Assembly: GCA_964423405.1 (NCBI GenBank)
Contig: CAYREY010000005.1
Location: 494 to 64,493, forward strand
Length of the DNA stretch: 64,000 nucleotides
Origin: an uncultured Chitinophaga sp.
GTDB lineage: Bacteria; Bacteroidota; Bacteroidia; Chitinophagales; LD1
Direction of reading: 5' to 3'
A program made the position numbers and the translations under genes. This document shows positions 36,686 through 45,304 of the stretch, one piece after another. The stretch's first letter is position 1; every line of letters begins with the position of its first letter. The notes beneath the pieces were generated by a model, which was not told the origin of the DNA, made no database searches, and saw only the letters and a list, made by a program, of their open reading frames with translations.

Positions 36686-37731
36686 GCTTTAAACAGCACC
36701 AGCGAATGGTTATGGCGATGGTGAGTATACAGTAATATGGTCTGGGGAGAGCGGGTACCCTTACGCAGCACCAGTGTATCGGGTACGGTTTGGGTTTTCA
36801 TCATTTGGCTGGCTAACCAGGTGGCAAAAGCCGATGAGGTCATATACTCGCCACACAAATGCTTGTAGGCTGCAATGGTGGTAGTAGCATCAAAGCCATC
36901 CACTACCTGTTGGGTAAAGGCATCGTCGGCAGCATGGCCGTTCATACCGGTCAGCATTACATCTACATCGGCTATGGTTAAACCGTTGGCTGCTAATAGT
37001 GTGTTTATAGTATCTGCTACTACTACGGGTGTAGCAGGTTTGTAAAGTATTTTGTTACCTAATAAGGCACCGTAAGTATTAGCGGTTTTATCTTTACTCA
37101 ATACAAAAAAGGCAGCCCCTTCGCCGGCAATAATACCGCGGCGATCGGTGTATAATTCGGCACTGGTACAAGGCTCGGTACGCAACTCGGTAGTTTTGCG
37201 CATGGCGGCATACTTATAATCGCTCACCTCATCGTAGGCACCTACCAGTATGTTATCGGCACCCTCTGTAGCCATTAAAAATGCATCGGCCAGTGCGCTT
37301 TCAAATGAAAAGCCTTTATGCGAAAACGTATTGTTGTGCGCATAGCAACCGCACAACAATGCAATGTTAGAACTAACGGTATTATGGGTAGATTGTATAA
37401 ATGCCGTTGGGCTTACTATTGTTTCATCCGCCTCTATCAGGCTGCGTAAAAACTTCTGCGATATTTCGGGCAGGCCTAAACCAGTACCTGTAGTAATGGC
37501 ACCGGGTACTTTAACACCGGCATCGTTCAGGGCAATTAAACCGGCAGCGGTACCGTACTTCATCAGTCGGCCCATACGGCGTATAGAACCGGCATCGAAA
37601 AACTTAGTGTAGTCATCGGCATCTACACAGGCCATACGGTTAACCGTATATGTTTTTACCTCGGGTAAAAACACACTGTTATCAAATGTGCGCTGCGGCG
37701 AAATGCACCCTATTCCTGTTATGTATAGCAT
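36679..37731 (-). CDS. ketosynthase-like protein lacking the active-site Cys (chain-length-factor-like)
   Basis: Thiolase-fold length. At the nucleophile position the sequence reads IQSTHNTVSSN instead of TACSSS. Overlaps the deacetylase start by 7 nt. Confidence 0.7.
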   Translation of the reverse strand: MLYITGIGCISPQRTFDNSVFLPEVKTYTVNRMACVDADDYTKFFDAGSIRRMGRLMKYGTAAGLIALNDAGVKVPGAITTGTGLGLPEISQKFLRSLIEADETIVSPTAFIQSTHNTVSSNIALLCGCYAHNNTFSHKGFSFESALADAFLMATEGADNILVGAYDEVSDYKYAAMRKTTELRTEPCTSAELYTDRRGIIAGEGAAFFVLSKDKTANTYGALLGNKILYKPATPVVVADTINTLLAANGLTIADVDVMLTGMNGHAADDAFTQQVVDGFDATTTIAAYKHLCGEYMTSSAFATWLASQMMKTQTVPDTLVLRKGTRSPQTILLYTHHRHNHSLVLFKAC

Positions 37732-37743
37732 ATCTATCCGCAG

Positions 37744-38943
37744 TTATGAATTATTTTTAGAAAATATTACTGACGAGCAGTTGCCACCAAACCCAAATGA
37801 GTTACTCATTACATGATTAACCGGTGTATGTTCCAGTAGGGTAACCGGTACAAAATCAAGCTCCTTCATTTTGGTAGTAAAGCGCAGGTTAGGATATACT
37901 ATACCCTGCTCTATAGCCAATATACTATATACCGCCTCTATACCGGCGCAAGCACCTAATGTGTGGCCGGTATAAGCCTTGGTTGAACTTACTTTAGGCA
38001 CTTTGGCAAATATGCGTTGCACCGCCGTACCCTCCGATAAATCGTTGTTAGGCGTACCGGTACCATGCAGGTTTATATAGTCAATATCATCGGGTTTAAG
38101 GCCGCTCATGTTCAAAGCACCCTCCATAGCCATAAAGTTGCCCCTGCCCTCGGGCGATGAAGCCGTTTGGTGGAAAGCATCGTTGGCGTTGGCGTAGCCG
38201 CTTAGTGTAGTAGTAGGTTTGCTGGCCAGGGTAGCAGCCACCTGCTCTGAAACCAACACCACGTAACCGGCCCCTTCGCCCAGGTTGAGACCGCGGCGGT
38301 TATCATCGTAAGGGGTACAGGGTTGGTTATCCAGTATCATCAGCGAGTTAAAGCCGTTAAGGGTAAACTTAGACAGCGCATCGCAACCACCAGCCAGTAC
38401 TATATCCAATTGTCCGCTAAGTATAAGCCGTGCCCCATAAGCCATACTATTGGCAGATGAAGAACAGGCTGTACTGATGGTGCTTACATAATCCTTTATA
38501 CCCAGCAGGTCGGCTACCAGTTCGGTAATATAGCCGCTATCGTAGGGGTCTTCTTCCAGCAGTTTATCGGTACTGCTGTCTTCCATAAAATACTTGTAAA
38601 TGGTTTCGGTTTTATCCATAGCGCCTACGGTGTTAGCCGATATAAAACCAAAGCGCCATTTACCAATTTCGGGTATGGCAGCATCTGCCATGGCTTCTTT
38701 AGCAGCTATGGCACTTAACAACGCGGTACGTGGCTCGCCACTATGCAGGCCAGCCATAGCGGCCAGTTGTGCATTGGTTAGTTTTATTTCGGCAGCCGGT
38801 AGTGTAGCGGCATAGCGGGTAGGCAAAATGGTAACAGGCCCCACACCGGTTTTACCTGCCTGCAACGCCTGCAGGTTCTCGCCGGTATTTAAACCTATAG
38901 CCGAAATACAGCCTTTGCCCGCAATCAATATCTTTTGTTTCAT
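37744..38943 (-). CDS. beta-ketoacyl-ACP synthase (FabF/KAS II-like)
   Basis: Cys-His-His triad contexts ISTACSSSANS, YTGHTLGACAG and NLHGTGTPNND. C-terminal FGFGGNCSSVIF. Confidence 0.9.
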   Translation of the reverse strand: MKQKILIAGKGCISAIGLNTGENLQALQAGKTGVGPVTILPTRYAATLPAAEIKLTNAQLAAMAGLHSGEPRTALLSAIAAKEAMADAAIPEIGKWRFGFISANTVGAMDKTETIYKYFMEDSSTDKLLEEDPYDSGYITELVADLLGIKDYVSTISTACSSSANSMAYGARLILSGQLDIVLAGGCDALSKFTLNGFNSLMILDNQPCTPYDDNRRGLNLGEGAGYVVLVSEQVAATLASKPTTTLSGYANANDAFHQTASSPEGRGNFMAMEGALNMSGLKPDDIDYINLHGTGTPNNDLSEGTAVQRIFAKVPKVSSTKAYTGHTLGACAGIEAVYSILAIEQGIVYPNLRFTTKMKELDFVPVTLLEHTPVNHVMSNSFGFGGNCSSVIFSKNNS

Positions 38944-39039
38944 CTGCTGCTATAATAACCTGTGGGTAATACCATTGATAACAACACAACCACTATAAAG
39001 TTGGTAGGTGCACGGTATTTTACGGCTGTGCCGTGTTGC

Positions 39040-39294
39040 TTACTTTTTATGTGTGGTAATATACTCGGCAATAGATTTTACCGATTTAAACACCTGCGGG
39101 CCATCCTGCGGGTTGGCCAGTTTAATACCATACTTTTGCTGTAGCAGCACTATCAGCTCCAATGCGTCAATCGAATCGAGGCCCAGGCCTTCTACAAACA
39201 AAGGCTGGTCATCGCCAATATCCTCGGGTTTAAGGTGCTGTAGGTTCAGCTGCTCTATTATCTGTACTTTAAGTGTAGCTATCAGTTCGGTCAT
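39040..39294 (-). CDS. acyl carrier protein
   Basis: 84 aa, with LGLDSIDALELIVLL containing the phosphopantetheine Ser. Confidence 0.9.
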   Translation of the reverse strand: MTELIATLKVQIIEQLNLQHLKPEDIGDDQPLFVEGLGLDSIDALELIVLLQQKYGIKLANPQDGPQVFKSVKSIAEYITTHKK

Positions 39295-39315
39295 ACCTGG
39301 GTTGTATTTTTAGTT

Positions 39316-39945
39316 CTATAGGGTTGTAATTGCTTGTTGTTTTAGTTTATCGAGGTTGGCAGCGGTATGTTCTGCAAGGCCGTTGCTGGTATAATTTACC
39401 AAACACAAAAAGGCCTCTGCGTTACCGTTGTAGTAATCTACCCATCCTGCTACACAGTTTTTTATGGCGCTGTGGGCAGGTAGCAGGCTTACGTACTGCT
39501 CCTGAAAACGTGCGTCAAATATATCAAAAACAAAACACGCTGTTTCGCCCTTTACCTGATGGCGTATGCAAAGTTCGCCTACCAATACATTGGGCAGGGT
39601 ATATACAAAAAGCGAGGGGCTGGGTGCCGTGGCAATAGTTTCCTGGTACCGTATATCTGTATCAAGGCTACTATTGGCATTCTGGATAATAATACCCCGC
39701 TCCTCGGGCTTAAGGGCTGCAAAACCGGGCTGATTTTGCAGCAGCAATTCGGCAGCAATAAACCCCGTTTTGCACAGGTTATCCATTTTAAAAAACTTAG
39801 GGTAATTAAACCCAAAGTGGGTGTAGGCTGCCTGTAAAAATGCAGCGGCCGATACCCCGTGCTGTTCAAACAGCACTTCCCCATTCAGCAGTATGCTGTT
39901 AGAGGTGAGATTGATATACGATGTAATGAAAGTTTGCTGTGGCAT
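39316..39945 (-). CDS. ketosynthase N-terminal-like / 3-oxoacyl-ACP-synthase-related protein of APE-type clusters
   Basis: About 210 aa with PSPSLFVYTLPNVLVGELCIRHQVKGE. The start is ambiguous (39984 or the ATG at 39943-39945). Confidence 0.55.
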   Translation of the reverse strand: MPQQTFITSYINLTSNSILLNGEVLFEQHGVSAAAFLQAAYTHFGFNYPKFFKMDNLCKTGFIAAELLLQNQPGFAALKPEERGIIIQNANSSLDTDIRYQETIATAPSPSLFVYTLPNVLVGELCIRHQVKGETACFVFDIFDARFQEQYVSLLPAHSAIKNCVAGWVDYYNGNAEAFLCLVNYTSNGLAEHTAANLDKLKQQAITTL

Positions 39946-40030
39946 ATACCCGGCGGCAAAATAGGGTAGATAATTGAAAAACAAAATGCAGAATCAGGAC
40001 CAAAATGCGGGGTTTCTTATTGTGGGCAGG

Positions 40031-40603
40031 TTACTCTATAACAATACCCAGCCCGCCAAGTAAACCCGCCAGCCCGCTGCTACTAAAAGCAGCCCCTTTT
40101 AATTTGTTTGCCAACGGATTGATGGTATAGTTAAAAGCGGTACGAAAATCGGCACGCTCCAGCATGGTATTATCAAATACCGCGTGGGCCAGGTCGCAGT
40201 TATCAAAAAGTGCGGCCGAAAGGTCGGTTTCGGTAAAATCGGTTTCGTGTAGCTGGCAGTTAATAAATACAGGCTCTTTCAGGCGCAGCCTGTAAAATGA
40301 GACTAACGACAGATTACAGTTATTAAAAGAAGCCTTGAACAGGTATTCGTTACAATCGTAAAAGCGCAGGCCAAGCATTTTACAATCTTTAAAAACCACG
40401 CCGCGTATAGCAGTACCTACCAACGGTACATTGCTGAGATTACAACCGGTAAAGCTGCAATCTTCGAAACTACTGCCGGCCAAAGTAAGGCCGGTAAATT
40501 CGCAGTTGATAAAGGTACAGTTCTCGTAAGCAGCTTTTTGAAAGCCTTCGGCTGCGAAACCTGTTTTGTCAAACGTTTTGTCGTTTATATAAATCTTGCT
40601 CAT
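40031..40603 (-). CDS. pentapeptide-repeat protein
   Basis: A continuous A(D/N)LxF-type 5-residue periodicity, for example NCEFTGLTLAGSSFEDCSFTGCNLSNV...FDNCDLAHAVFDNTMLERADF. Start at MSKIYIND. Confidence 0.85.
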   Translation of the reverse strand: MSKIYINDKTFDKTGFAAEGFQKAAYENCTFINCEFTGLTLAGSSFEDCSFTGCNLSNVPLVGTAIRGVVFKDCKMLGLRFYDCNEYLFKASFNNCNLSLVSFYRLRLKEPVFINCQLHETDFTETDLSAALFDNCDLAHAVFDNTMLERADFRTAFNYTINPLANKLKGAAFSSSGLAGLLGGLGIVIE

Positions 40604-40641
40604 GGTGTAGCTGTAAAAGAACAAAACCTTGCAAGCAAGTA

Positions 40642-41301
40642 CTAATTATATATCCACAGCAGTACCGGTTTGGGTGAATTTTTCAACCATTCATCCAGCA
40701 CACGCATACTGTTTAACGATACGATAGGACAACCCCAGCCTTCGGGAGTGCCTTTAGGGTACACCTCTTCATCGCTTACCTCCTGCCAGGAGTGTAAAAC
40801 CACATAACGGCTTTGGGCGTTATTGTTGGTACTCTCCAGCCCGTGCAAAACATACTTTATGTGGATACCCCAATCGCTATAGGCCCGCTCGCCTATTTTA
40901 TACTTACCTAGTGATGAACAATGGCTGCCGTCTTTGTTACTAAAGCCCGGATTATCTTTGGTATAGTCGTGCCCCCAGGGCAGGTCGCAGCAGCCATGGC
41001 CTACCAAAAAACCGGCAGCAATACTATCGCCCTTAAAACTCCAGATAAACAAGCGCTTAACGCCTGAATGCACGCTCATATCTGCCAGCAGGCAAAAATC
41101 GGTGTTGTATTTTTCCTGTTTGCAAAACAGCCTGGCCGCAGTAGCTTTAGCATGTAACCGCTTACCATCGGCAACGGGTTTTGTTGCAGGGGCAATGGTT
41201 TCGTCGGCGTTAGCCAAAACAACCGGACTTTTGCTTGCTGCTTTACCGGTACAGCCTGAGGCGATAACAGCATACAGCCCTATAAACAATAGCAACCGCA
41301 T
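40642..41301 (-). CDS. L,D-transpeptidase catalytic-domain-family (YkuD_2-like) lipoprotein
   Basis: Start reset to the ATG, giving MRLLLFIGLYAVIASGC (lipobox). RLFIWSF...GFLVGHGCC...GSHCSSLGKYKIG...HGLESTNNNA..R.VVLHSW resembles the 'murein L,D-transpeptidase catalytic domain family'. Confidence 0.7.
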   Translation of the reverse strand: MRLLLFIGLYAVIASGCTGKAASKSPVVLANADETIAPATKPVADGKRLHAKATAARLFCKQEKYNTDFCLLADMSVHSGVKRLFIWSFKGDSIAAGFLVGHGCCDLPWGHDYTKDNPGFSNKDGSHCSSLGKYKIGERAYSDWGIHIKYVLHGLESTNNNAQSRYVVLHSWQEVSDEEVYPKGTPEGWGCPIVSLNSMRVLDEWLKNSPKPVLLWIYN

Positions 41302-41604
41302 ACTACAATATGCCTTTACAGGTGTTGGCAAAAGTGGTTACAGATACATGGCTGAGGCGTGGCCATAATTTTAATACGGCAGTTGTACTGCTTACAAAAG
41401 ATGAGGTGTAGTGCATTATACAGGTTTTGTATAAAACGATGCCCTTATTGGATAAATTGCATAAAACCAGCTGGCAACAAGTTAAAAAGGGCCTCTATTC
41501 ACTATTTTAATTCACAAATGCGTGGGTAGTACATTCGGCACACAATATTTTAGTAATTCGGTCATTGTATTTTCTTTACAATAGTGAAGGCCAGCCCTAC
41601 AGCA

Positions 41605-44600
41605 ATGCGGTTATTATGTACACTGATTACGGTGTGCAGTATGTGGTGTACTGTGCAAGGGCAAAGCACATTTAACAATATCCGTTACAAAAGCTTTGCG
41701 CTTAGCGGCGACACTCTTAAGCTGGATAGCCTGAGTGTAGTGCCCAATACCTGGGTGATACGCGGGGCCGATGGAAATATAGTGGACAGTACAGCATACA
41801 CTATCAGGGCTTTCGAATCGAAGCTGATATGGAACAAAAGGCCGGCCGGCGATTCGGTGCGGGTGCTTTACAGGGTTTACCCGTTTGCACTGGCCAACGA
41901 AAGCTACCATAAAAGCTATGCCCGCTATGTAGAGGGTAATGCAAACTCGCTAATGCGGCCCTTTGTATATAACCCCGAAGACCCTACTAACAAACTGATA
42001 GACTTTGGCAGCCTGGATTACAACGGTACGTTTGCCAGAGGTATTTCATTCGGAAACAACCAAAACGTAACGCTCAACTCGCTGTTTAACCTGCAGCTAA
42101 GCGGTATGCTTACCAAAGACCTGGAGATAACCGCTGCCATAACCGATAACAACATACCTATACAACCCGAAGGCAACACCCAACAGATACAGGAGTTTGA
42201 TAAGGTATTTATACAACTGCGGCAAGACCAGCACAAAGTAATAGTGGGCGACTTTGACCTATACAACCCCGAGAAGAATTACTTTATGAAATTCTCGAAA
42301 AAAAACCTGGGTGGGTATTACAGCGGGGCATTTAAAATAAAAAAAGTGGGCACCATAGGCACCGGTGTGGCGGGTGGTATATCGCGCGGTAAATTTGCCC
42401 GTAACTCACTTACCGTAACCGAGGGTAACCAGGGGCCTTACAAGCTGACAGGTGCCAATGGAGAAACGTTTATCATCATTCTATCGAATACCGAGGAGGT
42501 GTTTATAAACGGCGCTAAAATGGAACGCGGTGCCGACCGCGACTATGTAATAGATTACAACCTGGGCGAGATACGCTTTATGCCCAGGCGCATTATATCT
42601 AAAGACCTGCGGATAGTAGTAGAGTTTGAGTACAGCGATAAAAATTACCAGCGCAGTTCCATTTTTGCCAACACTGAACTACAAACCAAAGTAGCCGATG
42701 TACGTTTTAACCTGTACAGCGAGCAGGATAGCAAAGGGCAGAACGTACAGCAAAATCTGAATGCCGAAAAGAAACAGTTTTTGGCCACGCTGGGCGATAG
42801 CATACAAAATGCGTTCTTCCGTGGATTTGACAGTGTGGGGTACGATGCTAACCGGGTGTTGTATGCCCTGCGCGACTCTATTGTTTCGGAGAGTGGATTA
42901 AACTTTGCTTTCGACTCGGTACTGGTATATAGCACCGATACCACCAAGGCGAAATATACGGCCACCTTTACATACGTAGGCGAAGGCAAGGGGAACTACA
43001 TACCCATAAACAGCACAGCCAATGGACGTGTATTTGCCTGGGTAGCGCCGTTAATTGATACGACCACGTTTACCGGCAGGCCGCAAGGGTCGTACGAGCC
43101 GGTAATTTTTCTGGTTACGCCCAAGTACCAGCAGCTTTATACACTGGCAACCGATGTGCGCATAGACAAAAACAACAACCTGAGCGCCGAGGTGGCCATG
43201 AGTAACTTTGATAACAACATGTTTTCGGATAAAAACAACAATACCAACCTGGGCTTTGCCGCACGGGCAGGTTACAACGGAAATATTACTACCAAACGCG
43301 ACACCGCCGGCCGTGCCCTACAAAACCTAACGTACAACTTTAATTACGAGTTTTTGCAGAACAGGTTTAACACTATTGAACGATACCGCAACATTGAGTT
43401 TAACCGCGACTGGAATCTGGCTGTATCGCAAAAACGATATAACGAGCACCTGGCTACGGCTAATGTAGCCTACAACTGGGGTAATGCCGGTAACATCAGT
43501 TACCGGTTTAAGGCATTTGTACAGGATACTTTTTACCGCGGTTTTGAAAATGCACTAAGTGCCGGCGTAAATAAAAACGGTGTAAACCTTACCCTTACCA
43601 ATAGCTACCTCAACTCAAAATCGCAATTGGTAAAAACCGATTACATACGGCCCAAAGCAGATTTGTATTATGCATCGGCCAAAACAAAAGGGTGGAAAAT
43701 AGGTGGACTATTTGACCATGAAATAAACATGATAAAAAGTAAAGATAGCGACACACTAACCGGTGCCAGCTACCTGTGGCAGAACTATAAAATATATGCA
43801 GCTACTGCAGATACGGCCACTAACAAATTTTTATTTGAAGCCGGTGTGCGGATGGAACACAAAGGCCGTGGCGAAACCTATGCACCGGCCTACTACCAGG
43901 CACAGTTTGTAACAGTAAGCGGGCAGGTAAACTCATTAAAAAACCAAACCATTAACTATAATTTTACTTACCGGCATGCCGTAAATAAAGATTCGGCGGT
44001 TATACTAAACCAACCCGAGCACTATTACCTGGGTAGGGTAGATTACAATTTTACACTGTTGAAAGGTGTATTCCGCTCTACTACCCTGTACGAAATAGGT
44101 ACCGGTACACAAACCAAGCAGCAAATACTTTTTGTAGCCTCACCTACTAACCAGGGCGATTATATATATGATAAAGATGCCAACGGAAACGGCGTAAAAG
44201 ATATAGCAGAATATGTATCCAAACCAACGGGTTTAACTTACGATTCATCGTACTTCCGCACGTTTGTTACCACCCCCGAACTGGTGCCGGTAAACAGTAC
44301 ACAATTTAACCAGGTACTGAACATAAACCCTGCTGCCGTATGGCGCAACAAAACAGGCGTTAAAAAAATAGTAGCCATGTTCAGCATTTTTGCCAGTGTA
44401 AGCATCAGCAAAAAAACGTTTGTAGAGAAAACCAAAAAAGTAGGCGATTACTTTAACCCCTTTCCGCTAAAACGTGATGACAACCAGGTAGTAGCCACCA
44501 CCATCAGCAGCCGCAACACCCTGTACTTTAACCGTACCGAAGCAAAGTATGGCGCCCAGTTTGATTTTAACTATGCGCGTAACCGTACACTGCTAACAGC

Positions 44601-45174
44601 AGGCTTTGAAAACCGCCTGCTACAAAGCCAGGGGGTAAGCATACGCTGGAACATTATTAAAGCACTGAATACGCAATGGGGATACACCAATGGTTTAAAA
44701 TCAAACCAGTCGGATTTTTACACTACGCTACGTTACCGGTTTACGTATAACGATGCAACAGCCGACATCAGCTATCAGTTTAAAACCTTTCTGCGCATAG
44801 GGCTCAAGTACGAGTTTTCAGATAAAGTGAACCCTACAGATACGGTGGGCAAACAAACTGCACAAACCCATAAACTTACCTTTACCGCCCGCTATAACCG
44901 GCAAAGCAAAAGCAGTGTAGATGTGAGCCTATCTTATGCCAGTATAAAATACAACGATAAAAACTACCCCAACCAGCAGTTGGAGTATGCTATGCTGGAG
45001 GGACTTAGTAACGGCAACAACCTGGTATGGACTGCCGGCTACTCGCAAAGCCTTACCGAAAACATACAACTTACCATTGCTTACGATGGACGTATGACGG
45101 GTTTTGTACCCGGCGATAAATCAACCTTAAAATCGGTGCATACCGGCCGCGCAGAGATACGGGCGGTGTTTTAG
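41605..45174 (+). CDS. large (~1190 aa) predicted outer-membrane beta-barrel protein of unknown function
   Basis: Start reset to the ATG, giving MRLLCTLITVCSMWCTVQGQ (signal peptide). A long alternating beta pattern rich in Y/N/T/G with a C-terminal aromatic ...EIRAVF. No family name recalled. Confidence 0.8.
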   Translation: MRLLCTLITVCSMWCTVQGQSTFNNIRYKSFALSGDTLKLDSLSVVPNTWVIRGADGNIVDSTAYTIRAFESKLIWNKRPAGDSVRVLYRVYPFALANESYHKSYARYVEGNANSLMRPFVYNPEDPTNKLIDFGSLDYNGTFARGISFGNNQNVTLNSLFNLQLSGMLTKDLEITAAITDNNIPIQPEGNTQQIQEFDKVFIQLRQDQHKVIVGDFDLYNPEKNYFMKFSKKNLGGYYSGAFKIKKVGTIGTGVAGGISRGKFARNSLTVTEGNQGPYKLTGANGETFIIILSNTEEVFINGAKMERGADRDYVIDYNLGEIRFMPRRIISKDLRIVVEFEYSDKNYQRSSIFANTELQTKVADVRFNLYSEQDSKGQNVQQNLNAEKKQFLATLGDSIQNAFFRGFDSVGYDANRVLYALRDSIVSESGLNFAFDSVLVYSTDTTKAKYTATFTYVGEGKGNYIPINSTANGRVFAWVAPLIDTTTFTGRPQGSYEPVIFLVTPKYQQLYTLATDVRIDKNNNLSAEVAMSNFDNNMFSDKNNNTNLGFAARAGYNGNITTKRDTAGRALQNLTYNFNYEFLQNRFNTIERYRNIEFNRDWNLAVSQKRYNEHLATANVAYNWGNAGNISYRFKAFVQDTFYRGFENALSAGVNKNGVNLTLTNSYLNSKSQLVKTDYIRPKADLYYASAKTKGWKIGGLFDHEINMIKSKDSDTLTGASYLWQNYKIYAATADTATNKFLFEAGVRMEHKGRGETYAPAYYQAQFVTVSGQVNSLKNQTINYNFTYRHAVNKDSAVILNQPEHYYLGRVDYNFTLLKGVFRSTTLYEIGTGTQTKQQILFVASPTNQGDYIYDKDANGNGVKDIAEYVSKPTGLTYDSSYFRTFVTTPELVPVNSTQFNQVLNINPAAVWRNKTGVKKIVAMFSIFASVSISKKTFVEKTKKVGDYFNPFPLKRDDNQVVATTISSRNTLYFNRTEAKYGAQFDFNYARNRTLLTAGFENRLLQSQGVSIRWNIIKALNTQWGYTNGLKSNQSDFYTTLRYRFTYNDATADISYQFKTFLRIGLKYEFSDKVNPTDTVGKQTAQTHKLTFTARYNRQSKSSVDVSLSYASIKYNDKNYPNQQLEYAMLEGLSNGNNLVWTAGYSQSLTENIQLTIAYDGRMTGFVPGDKSTLKSVHTGRAEIRAVF

Positions 45175-45230
45175 GCAATCAGATTTGGCGCAATATGGAA
45201 CTTCAGGTTGCATAAAACAGCCTGAGATTG

Positions 45231-45274
45231 CTTCGTCGGTTTCGCAGAGCCGAAACCTTCTCGCAATGACGAAG
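45231..45274. terminator. compound hairpin between convergent genes, resembling a REP-like palindrome
   Basis: CTTCGTC[GGTTTCG-CAGAG-CGAAACC]TTCTCGCAAT-GACGAAG, between the stop at 45174 (+) and the dnaG stop at 45305 (-). Confidence 0.5.
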
Positions 45275-45304
45275 AAATTAATTGCTGGTAAAAATACCCC
45301 CAAG

